Part shown: positions 11,370 to 19,656 of the stretch, piece after piece
Layout of the letters: each line of letters starts with the position of its first letter
Position numbering within the stretch: the stretch's first letter is position 1
Virus record (IMG/VR): IMGVR_UViG_2737471833_000002
Direction: 5' to 3' (one strand)
Source of the DNA: a virus
Taxonomy: Duplodnaviria > Heunggongvirae > Uroviricota > Caudoviricetes
Length of the DNA stretch: 64,000 bases
Translations under genes and position numbers: made by a program
The notes under the pieces: generated by a model
Told to the model about the DNA's origin: nothing
The model's input: only the letters and a program-made list of their open reading frames with translations
Databases searched by the model: none

Positions 11370-11846
11370 TCATTTTCCTCGTTTAATGCATCCATCCATT
11401 TTGGCTTGTTGATACAACTTACTTAGCCCAGAAAGAGGGAATGTAGCAATTTTTTCATCATCAACATAAGCATCAATCATATTAGCACTTGAATCTGCTG
11501 CATCTTGCCAAAAGGCATACCACCAAGAATCTCCAACCATTGACCCAAGATTGCTAAAAGGGTATTGCTCACCATCTATAGTTAATACTATTTTATTCTT
11601 GTCAGCATTATACTCCTTTTTATTATTCGACGAACTTAGCAACAAGCCTAAACTACCTGCACTATCTGGTGAACCATACATGAATCCCATATCACATAAA
11701 AAACTTATCTTATCACCATTATGATTATGGATTGTATATTCTCTCCCCCCTCTATCTTCAATCACATTCCATTGTAGAGGATCAATTTTTGCAAATGCTC
11801 CTGCTGAAATTAACGATACAAACAATAAAAACAATCTCATATTCAT
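11370..11846 (-). CDS. secreted protein with N-terminal signal peptide
   Basis: MNMRLFLLFVSLISAGAFA|K signal-peptide-like N-terminus; AT-rich cargo. Confidence 0.5.
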   Translation of the reverse strand: MNMRLFLLFVSLISAGAFAKIDPLQWNVIEDRGGREYTIHNHNGDKISFLCDMGFMYGSPDSAGSLGLLLSSSNNKKEYNADKNKIVLTIDGEQYPFSNLGSMVGDSWWYAFWQDAADSSANMIDAYVDDEKIATFPLSGLSKLYQQAKMDGCIKRGK

Positions 11847-11868
11847 TATTTTCGCTTCTTATCTGTAA

Positions 11869-12219
11869 TTATTCTGCAATATCATTTGCCCATTGCACGG
11901 CAGCAAAATGAGTCCCCAAGCCACTCAGGAAAGCAATTACCCCCAAAACAATACTTGCTGCTGTTGATTCAAACAAAGTACCAATACTATAGCCAATAGC
12001 TCCCCATACTAAGCTAAAAACAATCATCAATGGAATTGCCAGAAATTTTATTCTTAAACTAAAAATCAGTCCAAGAAAAGAACCGCCAAAAGCCCACCAT
12101 GATTTAGATATTAAACCTATCAGTATTGACAGAATTCCTATTTCAATAAAGAGAATATTAGATTGCTCTTCATTGAATTTCGCATTTGTTACACCTTTAC
12201 GAACATGTTCAGATGACAT
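11869..12219 (-). CDS. small multi-pass inner membrane protein
   Basis: 116 aa, three or four hydrophobic helices; strong RBS AGGAGA; first gene of the AT-rich cassette. Confidence 0.5.
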   Translation of the reverse strand: MSSEHVRKGVTNAKFNEEQSNILFIEIGILSILIGLISKSWWAFGGSFLGLIFSLRIKFLAIPLMIVFSLVWGAIGYSIGTLFESTAASIVLGVIAFLSGLGTHFAAVQWANDIAE

Positions 12220-12365
12220 GATTAACTATCTCCTGTCACAGATAAAACGCCTTAAAATAACATTTTGTAGCACAAAGTTTCACCATGCAATGGTCAATAT
12301 CTTTGATCTATATCAATTAAAGTTATGTATTTTAGTTACCTGAGAAATAATTCGCACGGTTGCAA

Positions 12366-12382
12366 ATTGCTCTAATTATTTT
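12366..12382 (+). promoter_or_regulatory. C1-repressor operator-like site
   Basis: ATTGCTCTAATTATTTT, 15/17 to the P1 C1 operator consensus; upstream of the c4/icd/ant region. Confidence 0.5.
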
Positions 12383-12509
12383 GTTTTTTTAGCTTCATAT
12401 GCTACATTAACTTTCTTGCGTGCTAATGCATTTTCGGTTTATCCTAAACAGGCATCTTAGTAAAACGGATGCCGGGATTGGAACCCCGGATAATGCAAAA
12501 GGCGACACA

Positions 12510-12530
12510 GACGCCAAAAGCGTCTTTTTT
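12510..12530 (+). terminator. rho-independent terminator-like hairpin
   Basis: GACGC-CAAAA-GCGTC followed by TTTTTT. Confidence 0.45.
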
Positions 12531-12539
12531 GTGTCATGC

Positions 12540-12700
12540 CATCGCACAGCCATACGTAGCACATAGCTCCGAGATCAATGGTAGTGCTGGCTGGGCTGCC
12601 GAAAGGCAGGCCGGTTCCCTTTTGCGCCGGTAGTTCCAACCCAGTTAGTGCTACCGCCATTGAGATTGGAACCTCACGCGGTAGCTCCTTAAATTAGCAA
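12540..12700 (+). ncRNA. c4-like antisense RNA region with complementary target repeats (approximate)
   Basis: Non-coding, GC-rich hairpins; CAATGGTAGTGCT at about 12577 is complementary to AGTGCTACCGCCATTG at about 12647; by synteny upstream of icd-ant. Confidence 0.25.
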
Positions 12701-12715
12701 AAGGAGGCTGCCATT

Positions 12716-12937
12716 GTGGCTACTACCCCTACCCAAACTCATCCTGAATTTATCTGGCGCTTTTACTCCTGCCAAAAACGTCACTATCACTTCGTTATTG
12801 CACCGACAGAAGATGAGGCCCGCTCTCAGCTTCCTGACGCTCCCTGTATTTTCTCTGCCCGTTTTTCAACCGACTTGCGCAATTCACTTAGTTACTGGAG
12901 CCTCCCCTTCTCTGCCGACGTTCAGGGGGGTTTATGA
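12716..12937 (+). CDS. icd: Icd-like small protein overlapping the ant start
   Basis: 73 aa, GTG start with strong RBS AAGGAGG; stop overlaps the ant ATG as in P1 icd-ant. Confidence 0.45.
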   Translation: MATTPTQTHPEFIWRFYSCQKRHYHFVIAPTEDEARSQLPDAPCIFSARFSTDLRNSLSYWSLPFSADVQGGL

Positions 12938-13971
12938 AAAAACCTCTCGTCACCCGTAATGAAATAGCCGAAGCGATCGCTTTGCATACAACCTGTATGC
13001 CGACACGGGAGATCCCCGGCGCAATTGCCAACTATTTCATGATAACCAGACGTTTTTATACCCGAACAGATAAGGCTGTGATCAACAAGCTACTGATAGC
13101 CGAGATCAGGGATTATTTGATTGAACAAGGACGTCTACGTTACGCAACAGTGGCAGCAGAAATGAGAAAGGAGGCACATAGAATGACCGGTAATAATTTA
13201 AATGTTGAAAAACCAGCACCTGTTGCTTCAGCTACGCCAGCACCAGCCGTGAATATCATCCCCAACACCGGAGACACAATCGACAGCCTGACACTGTTAA
13301 AGATGGTCAATGAAGCGCGTAAGTTATGTGGGGAACCAGAGGTTCGGAACAACAAATTCATCGAAAAAATACTCGATGAGCTTGATGGTGAGCACTACAC
13401 AAAAAGTGTAGTGGAAAAAATGAACAAAACATCAATGCTTGTCATAACCATGACTTTCAAACAAGCCCTGCGAGTCGCCGCGCGCGAGTCAAAAGCGGTC
13501 CGCCGTTCGCTGATCGACAAACTGGAAGAATTACAGCAGGCAAACTCCCCTACCCCATCGATCCCCCAAACATTACCAGAAGCTCTACGCCTGGCTGCCG
13601 AGTTGGCAGAACAGAAAATGCAGCTGGAACAACAGCTGGTGGCCGCTGCCCCTAAAGTCGATTTTGCCGACCGGGTATCAGCGGCTAATGGAATCCTGAT
13701 CGGGAACTTTGCAAAGGTCGTTGGACTTAAGCAAAACGCCCTTTTCTCATGGTTGCGCCAGAACGGCATTCTCATGGCTTTTGGTGCGCGCAAAAACGTA
13801 CCGCGCCAACAGTACATCAACGCCGGGTATTTCACGGTGAAAGAAGTGGTGCTGGATGATGAAAATGGCTACCAGATACGGCTGACGCCCCAATTAACGG
13901 GTAAAGGCCAGCAGTGGTTAACTCGCAAGCTACTTGATGCTGGTTTGTTAAAAACAGTAGCAATAGGTTAA
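12934..13971 (+). CDS. ant: antirepressor Ant (C-terminal KilAC-type domain)
   Basis: C-terminal ...LPEALRLAAELAEQK...APKVDFADRV...GKGQQWL... shared with the next gene; position after c4/icd. Confidence 0.7.
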   Translation: MKKPLVTRNEIAEAIALHTTCMPTREIPGAIANYFMITRRFYTRTDKAVINKLLIAEIRDYLIEQGRLRYATVAAEMRKEAHRMTGNNLNVEKPAPVASATPAPAVNIIPNTGDTIDSLTLLKMVNEARKLCGEPEVRNNKFIEKILDELDGEHYTKSVVEKMNKTSMLVITMTFKQALRVAARESKAVRRSLIDKLEELQQANSPTPSIPQTLPEALRLAAELAEQKMQLEQQLVAAAPKVDFADRVSAANGILIGNFAKVVGLKQNALFSWLRQNGILMAFGARKNVPRQQYINAGYFTVKEVVLDDENGYQIRLTPQLTGKGQQWLTRKLLDAGLLKTVAIG

Positions 13972-14048
13972 CAAAAGAAAAAACCTGCCAGCAAACTGGC
14001 AGGTTTCTGAGCAGATCGACCAACCCGATCTGGATCGAGTTAGAAAAA

Positions 14049-14065
14049 TTTGCTCTAATAAATTT
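14049..14065 (+). promoter_or_regulatory. C1-repressor operator-like site
   Basis: TTTGCTCTAATAAATTT (16/17) upstream of the kilA-repL pair. Confidence 0.5.
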
Positions 14066-14134
14066 CGTTTTCTAAGTGCAAAGAATCACCATTTCGAGCT
14101 GGTGATTGAAGGTTGATGCAAATTTGGAGAAAAA

Positions 14135-14935
14135 ATGCAACAAACATTCAATGCGGATATGAATATATCAAACCTTCATCAAAATGTCGATCCTTCAACC
14201 ACTCTGCCTGTTATTTGTGGTGTTGAAATTACGACCGACCGCGCTGGTCGTTACAACCTTAATGCTCTACACAGAGCGAGCGGACTCGGTGCCCATAAAG
14301 CGCCAGCTCAATGGCTAAGAACGCTGTCAGCCAAACAGCTCATCGAAGAGCTTGAAAAAGAAACTATGCAGAATTGCATAGTTTCGTTCGAAGGCCGTGG
14401 CGGCGGTACGTTTGCCCATGAATTGCTCGCTGTGGAGTACGCAGGCTGGATTTCTCCCGCGTTTCGGCTGAAGGTAAACCAGACATTTATCGACTATCGA
14501 GCCGGAAGATTACAACCTGCTATTCCGCAGAGTCTCCCTGAAGCTCTCCGTTTGGCTGCCGACCTGGCAGAGCAAAAGCAACGGCTGGAGCAAAAAATGC
14601 TTATGGATGCGCCTAAAGTCGAATTCGCCGAACGCGTTGCTACCGCCAGCGGGGTTCTAATCGGCAACTATGCCAAAGTGCTCGGCCTGGGCCAAAACTA
14701 TCTCTTCACCTGGTTGCGTGATAACGGAATTCTGATCGCAACCGGTGAACGCAGGAACGTCCCCAAACAAGAATACATATCCCGTGGGTATTTCACCCTT
14801 AAAGAAACCGTGATCGATACAAGCAATGGAAGCAGGATTTCTTTCACGACTCGTATAACCGGCAAAGGTCAGCAGTGGCTGATGAAGCGATTGCTTGATG
14901 CTGGTGTGCTGGTACCTGTCGCGGCAACGCGCTAA
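14135..14935 (+). CDS. kilA: KilA-like protein (KilA-N-type N-terminus plus KilAC-type C-terminus)
   Basis: 266 aa; C-terminal half paralogous to Ant; preceded by a C1 operator-like site. Confidence 0.6.
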   Translation: MQQTFNADMNISNLHQNVDPSTTLPVICGVEITTDRAGRYNLNALHRASGLGAHKAPAQWLRTLSAKQLIEELEKETMQNCIVSFEGRGGGTFAHELLAVEYAGWISPAFRLKVNQTFIDYRAGRLQPAIPQSLPEALRLAADLAEQKQRLEQKMLMDAPKVEFAERVATASGVLIGNYAKVLGLGQNYLFTWLRDNGILIATGERRNVPKQEYISRGYFTLKETVIDTSNGSRISFTTRITGKGQQWLMKRLLDAGVLVPVAATR

Positions 14936-14964
14936 CAGACGTAGTAAGAACCACCAGCATTGTA

Positions 14965-15810
14965 ATGCTGGCTAAAGTCACTTTCCTGAGCTGTATAACG
15001 ATGAGCGATTTTACTTTTTCTGGCTATGAATTGGCCTGCTTTGTAACACACTCCGGTCTATCTCGTAGCGCCGGGCATATCCTGTCGCAATGTGCAAATC
15101 TAGCGGCAACAACCAGTGAATACTTCATTCACAAGCCTCACCGCCTGATCGCGGCAGAAACTGGTTATAGCCAATCAACCGTCGTTCGTGCATTCCGTGA
15201 AGCTGTAAACAAAGGAATTCTGTCTGTAGAGATTGTTATCGGCGATCACCATGAACGTCGCGCTAACCTGTACCGGTTTACACCATCCTTTTTGGCCTTC
15301 GCACAACAAGCCAAAAATGCGCTGATTGAAAGCAAATTAAAGATCTCTTCAGCGGCAACCAAGGTTAAAGCTGTTCTCGCTAAGACATTGGCTTTATTTA
15401 ATTTTTTATCCACACCCCCATGTCAAAATGATACCCCCTCCCCCTGTCAGGATGACGTGGCAATAAAGAATAAGAAGTCACAAGTTAAAAAAACAAAAAG
15501 ATCAGTTTCCGGCGGTGCCGGAACGACCAGACTCAAAAAATTGACTTCATGGATCGCTGAGGCAAAAGCAAAGGCTGACAATCTGCGGTTATCCAAAAAA
15601 CGCGCTCAAAAACATGAGTTCAAGCAGAAAGTAGAGGCGGCAGCGCGGAAATATGCTTACCTGAAGGACAAGCGTTCTCCTGATATTGGCGGGATATCAA
15701 ACTTCGATAATCTGCCACATTGCATGACGGTAAACGAAGCTCTTAATGCGGTTTTAGCCAAAAATAAAGATAACGAACAATGGGGTATACCGGCAGGATT
15801 CAGAGGGTAA
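14965..15810 (+). CDS. repL: RepL-like lytic replication protein
   Basis: 281 aa, HTH-like N-terminal region, Lys-rich C-terminus; position directly after kilA. Confidence 0.45.
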   Translation: MLAKVTFLSCITMSDFTFSGYELACFVTHSGLSRSAGHILSQCANLAATTSEYFIHKPHRLIAAETGYSQSTVVRAFREAVNKGILSVEIVIGDHHERRANLYRFTPSFLAFAQQAKNALIESKLKISSAATKVKAVLAKTLALFNFLSTPPCQNDTPSPCQDDVAIKNKKSQVKKTKRSVSGGAGTTRLKKLTSWIAEAKAKADNLRLSKKRAQKHEFKQKVEAAARKYAYLKDKRSPDIGGISNFDNLPHCMTVNEALNAVLAKNKDNEQWGIPAGFRG

Positions 15811-15813
15811 TGA

Positions 15814-15830
15814 ATTGCTCTAATTATAAC
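15814..15830 (+). promoter_or_regulatory. weak C1-operator-like site
   Basis: ATTGCTCTAATTATAAC: core 11/11, overall 12/17; directly after the repL stop and upstream of the AT-rich two-gene cassette. Confidence 0.3.
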
Positions 15831-15978
15831 CATGCATACTTTCAACACCTCTAGTTTGCCATGAGGCAAACTCATAGGTGTCCTGGTAAGAGGACATAGT
15901 TGTCAAATCTGGACGTCCCTTTATTGCAATTAATAAACAACTAACGGACAATTCTACCTAACAATAAGTGGAGTTAAC

Positions 15979-16683
15979 ATGTTGAACCGAAGAACATTTA
16001 ATGTATTCTGCGATGAATCCTGTCACCTACTAAATGATCATAATAAAGTCATGGTATTGGGTGCACTTTGGTGTCCTGGCTCTATCACAAAAAAAATTGC
16101 TAGAGACATCAAGGAATTAAAATTAAAACACAATCTAAAACCTGATTTCGAAATCAAGTGGACTAAAGTATCTGCGTCCAAAGTTGAATTTTACTTAGAT
16201 GTCGTAGATTACTTCTTCAGCAACCCAGCATTGCGCTTTAGAGGTGTTGTTGTTCCTGATAAAGAGCAACTGGACCATGCTCGATTCCATCAAGATCATA
16301 ATACTTTCTATTATAAGATGTTTTTTTATGTCTTAAAAAACATAATAGAAAGTAACAACACATACAATATCTACCTAGATATAAAAGATACTTTAGGTAT
16401 TGAAAAAATTGAGAAATTAAGAGGGGTTCTTCACAATGATCGCTATGATTACAATCATGAGTCGATAAACAGAATTCAACATATACGATCTCATGAAGTG
16501 CAACAATTGCAGCTAACGGATCTTTTCATTGGTGCGTTAGGCTACGTTCATCGAGGAATGAATAGCAACGCGGGAAAAATCCAAGTCATAAACAGGATAA
16601 AATCACATACAAACAGGGAGTTACTAAAAAGCACTCTTCCAACAGAAAGTAAATTTAATATTTTCGTGTGGGAGGCTCGCTGA
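15979..16683 (+). CDS. hypothetical protein, cassette gene A (N-terminal FCDES acidic motif)
   Basis: 234 aa, RBS AAGTGGAG; roughly one-third GC by eye versus about half in the backbone; the FNVFCDESCH motif reminds me of the DUF3800-type N-terminus (memory only). Confidence 0.55.
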   Translation: MLNRRTFNVFCDESCHLLNDHNKVMVLGALWCPGSITKKIARDIKELKLKHNLKPDFEIKWTKVSASKVEFYLDVVDYFFSNPALRFRGVVVPDKEQLDHARFHQDHNTFYYKMFFYVLKNIIESNNTYNIYLDIKDTLGIEKIEKLRGVLHNDRYDYNHESINRIQHIRSHEVQQLQLTDLFIGALGYVHRGMNSNAGKIQVINRIKSHTNRELLKSTLPTESKFNIFVWEAR

Positions 16684-17147
16684 TGCTTCAAATGCCAGAT
16701 TTATTGTACTTCAATGGAAGTTGGCAAGAGTATATAGACGATGTATATGATGTTGTCAGAGAAGACATTTTAATCTCTAATATAACGTTTAAGGGTCTCC
16801 CTGTTCGATTACGTTATTCACCGGAATATGATGGGAAAGAGTTCGGATTTTGGCATTTAGTATCAGAGGGAAAAAAAGAAGAAGAACGTATACCCGATCT
16901 TGAACGGTGCAAGCGAATTCGCTGGATCGCGCATATGATAAGGAATTATAACCATTGCGATATATCATGTTGGTCTGAAAGACGAGGACCAACTGAAGAG
17001 TGGGTAATCTGGAATGAGTGTGAAAACTACGTTGTTGTGCTATCCGCACGTAGAGACTATTGGCTTCTCAAAACAGCCTATGTTGTAACCTATGACAGTA
17101 AAATCAGAACACTCAAACAAAGCAGAAAAAGAGCACTTGGGACATAA
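16683..17147 (+). CDS. hypothetical protein, cassette gene B (translationally coupled to gene A)
   Basis: ATG at 16683 overlaps the stop of gene A (TGATG) with RBS GGGAGG 8 nt upstream; track ORF begins at GTG 16668; AT-rich. Confidence 0.55.
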   Translation: MLQMPDLLYFNGSWQEYIDDVYDVVREDILISNITFKGLPVRLRYSPEYDGKEFGFWHLVSEGKKEEERIPDLERCKRIRWIAHMIRNYNHCDISCWSERRGPTEEWVIWNECENYVVVLSARRDYWLLKTAYVVTYDSKIRTLKQSRKRALGT

Positions 17148-17185
17148 AAAAGCTGAACCCGACACATATTGCTATGTATCGGGTT
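17146..17185 (-). terminator. hairpin terminator of the convergent minus-strand operon
   Basis: AACCCGACACATA-TTGC-TATGTATCGGGTT with a U-run on the minus strand. Confidence 0.4.
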
Positions 17186-17313
17186 CGATCGCTCTTTCTA
17201 CACATGGTAGATGAGTAAGGCAAATCTAACCGATCTACTTTAGCTTTTCAATAGCTAGCTATAACTTTCCGCATATATTCTTCTGATAATTCCTGGAGAG
17301 CGGTTGGGTTTTC

Positions 17314-17610
17314 TCATGCTTTTCTGCGCAGAGAAGCACACTTATTCAGCAATAATAAATGCAATTCTTTGTTATCACTAAGTATTTCTACACACCAATA
17401 TCGTAACGTGTTCACTTCAAGTGTAGCCAGCACCTTATGTCGAAAAGCCCCCTCCCCTACACATAACGATGGCTGACATTCTGCTAAGGCACATAACCAT
17501 GTATTGGCATCATAGAGAACCCAATAATGCTCATCTGAAATAGTTATGCATCCAATTATTTCGAATCTTCTTTCTATCGTCTCAGGAGAGTATGAAAAAT
17601 CAATTTCCAT
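17314..17610 (-). CDS. hypothetical protein (98 aa)
   Basis: ORF with ATG start, last gene of the head/tail late operon. Confidence 0.35.
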   Translation of the reverse strand: MEIDFSYSPETIERRFEIIGCITISDEHYWVLYDANTWLCALAECQPSLCVGEGAFRHKVLATLEVNTLRYWCVEILSDNKELHLLLLNKCASLRRKA

Positions 17611-17693
17611 AACATGCTCAAAATCTATCTATACCGGCATAATTTAAGCACAAAAAAGCTCCCGAAGGAGCTTTAAAATACAAGGGATGACTC

Positions 17694-18203
17694 TTAATCC
17701 CACTCAATCCAGTTGTAAACGATACGAAGTGACGGGCGCACAGCGGCAGTCACATCTTCGGTACTAAAGTCGATTGCATCACTGTAGATTTTGCAGTCCA
17801 ACATTTCAATTGTTGTAGCAGCTTTTGTCACAGCGTTAACCCCGGAAGATTTGGATTCAGGGGTCGCAGCCATCGTGATATCAACATAGTCCTTCGCCGC
17901 AATGCGATCTTTAATGAACTGAAGAATATCGCCTTCGATAGTCTCCACGCACTGGACCTGGATTTCCCCAGAGTTTCGAATTGGACCGTGCTGGTTGAAC
18001 TTCACACCATTCGGACCATAGTCCTCCACATCCTCGCGGGTCATTTCAGGAATTTGCGACGTACGAACCAGTACGCTGATATCTTCATGGCCTGCAAAAG
18101 TGAGCTGGAATTCAGAAGATACCAGTCGTTCGCCTTTGGCCGCGTTGGCAGTATAGCGGCCCTTAATAAATTTACGGTTTCCCTTAGTGTTATTGTGCCC
18201 CAT
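17694..18203 (-). CDS. virion structural protein (possible tail tube)
   Basis: 169 aa, size and position near the sheath gene. Confidence 0.4.
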   Translation of the reverse strand: MGHNNTKGNRKFIKGRYTANAAKGERLVSSEFQLTFAGHEDISVLVRTSQIPEMTREDVEDYGPNGVKFNQHGPIRNSGEIQVQCVETIEGDILQFIKDRIAAKDYVDITMAATPESKSSGVNAVTKAATTIEMLDCKIYSDAIDFSTEDVTAAVRPSLRIVYNWIEWD

Positions 18204-18214
18204 ATAAAATCCTT

Positions 18215-18796
18215 TTACTGGAACGCCCGAACAATATCGGAGCTGTTATATATCGAAGAACCGGTCAACTGGAGGTTGACGGTGTTTTTCAGGAAATATC
18301 CATTACTGTCCCTTGGCGCATCGAGATCAAAACTTAAGTCCTGGATGGCGACATCGGTGATGTTGATCCGGCGACCAATGTTTAGCGTCACGCGCTCCGG
18401 GATTCGACCACCAACATTGGCCGCTTTTAGTTCCGGGCTAATCATGGCTGTCAACGCGGCGATAGCGCCTGAAACTTCAATGAATGGATTGTTCAAAGCA
18501 ATGAAAGTTACAGGCAGCGTGAACGTCGGCGGAGTCCCCCCTTCCCAAACCATTAAGCTATTCCAACGGGCAACCGACGTTGTTTCAGTACCTACTTGCA
18601 CAAAACCACCCAGAGCACCAGAAACAGATCCCATGGACATACCGGTAAACGGCGCTTCCCAATTCTGGGCCATGTTCATTGCCGCTCCCTGGCTGATATA
18701 TCCGGTAACCTGGTACTGAGAGTTCGTTAAAGTAACTTTCAGATATGGCGATACACCGTCAGCCTGGCTGTAAACCCCATAAGCTATAGGAGCCAT
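18215..18796 (-). CDS. virion structural protein
   Basis: 193-aa ORF between the sheath and putative tube genes. Confidence 0.4.
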   Translation of the reverse strand: MAPIAYGVYSQADGVSPYLKVTLTNSQYQVTGYISQGAAMNMAQNWEAPFTGMSMGSVSGALGGFVQVGTETTSVARWNSLMVWEGGTPPTFTLPVTFIALNNPFIEVSGAIAALTAMISPELKAANVGGRIPERVTLNIGRRINITDVAIQDLSFDLDAPRDSNGYFLKNTVNLQLTGSSIYNSSDIVRAFQ

Positions 18797-18831
18797 TCAA
18801 GTTAAAGGCCGGAGTTCTCCGGCCTCCTCCT

Positions 18832-19647
18832 TTAGCCAAGGCGCTTACGGCGCAGTTTCATTGACTTTTTGCGGGCAAGTTTTGCCGCGCCGGTCTGGGC
18901 TTTTCGACGAGCTTTTTTCAGCGCCGATTTTTGAGCCGCAGTCAGACGTTTTTTACGCAGGCGTTTACGGATGAGTTTGATCTCACCGTTACGAACAACC
19001 TTCTTGAATGCTTCAGTCAGCATTTCATCAGAAGTGCCAGCAACAACAAACGCCGCTTCCAGTTCGTCGCGGTCGTCGCTATCTAAACCAGCGATAGAGG
19101 CACCAACATCAGCAGCAGCGTCGTCGTCTTCATCGTCAGCCAGTGCTTCGATCAGGTCATCATCTACACCGCATGCTGCGAGGAAGTCAGCAACATTTGC
19201 CCATGCTTCGTTATAGGCATCGTCCTGTTCTTCTGTAACTTCGGAGTCGTCGTCATCAGAGATACCAGCGATAGCCTGAACGAAACCATCAAGGGAGTCG
19301 AAAGTCAGATCACCGCTATCAGCCCAGGCGAAAACGGCGTCGGCCGCATCACTCAACGCATTCTGCATAGCACTTCGATTTGCAGCTTCCAGAATCATCT
19401 GGTGCGCCTGTTCGACGGTCCATTCTTTACCGTCTTTCCCTTCCAGGATTTGCTCAGGAGCCGGGGCAGATGGAACGTTATCGTTAGTCTGTGCCGCCGG
19501 TTCCGGATTATTATTAATAACCGGATCTGTTGGCGGTTCGGCGCTTGCTCGGGCAGACTCCATCAGCTGCACAGGATCAGAGTTCAAAGCGAAACGAGAC
19601 AGTCCATTCCCCAAAAATGCCCCGGATTGAAAAAAGTTTTTGCTCAT
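18832..19647 (-). CDS. acidic virion-associated protein with Lys/Arg-rich C-terminal tail
   Basis: 271 aa; long Asp/Glu-rich middle section and a C-terminal ...KRLRKKRLTAAQKSALKKARRKAQ... tail. Confidence 0.4.
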   Translation of the reverse strand: MSKNFFQSGAFLGNGLSRFALNSDPVQLMESARASAEPPTDPVINNNPEPAAQTNDNVPSAPAPEQILEGKDGKEWTVEQAHQMILEAANRSAMQNALSDAADAVFAWADSGDLTFDSLDGFVQAIAGISDDDDSEVTEEQDDAYNEAWANVADFLAACGVDDDLIEALADDEDDDAAADVGASIAGLDSDDRDELEAAFVVAGTSDEMLTEAFKKVVRNGEIKLIRKRLRKKRLTAAQKSALKKARRKAQTGAAKLARKKSMKLRRKRLG

Positions 19648-19656
19648 TGTATTCCC

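Noticed and set aside
12457-12660. Minus-strand ORF 12457-12660 (67 aa)
   Set aside because: Antisense to the structured c4-like RNA region and terminator; no RBS; composition driven by GC-rich hairpins.
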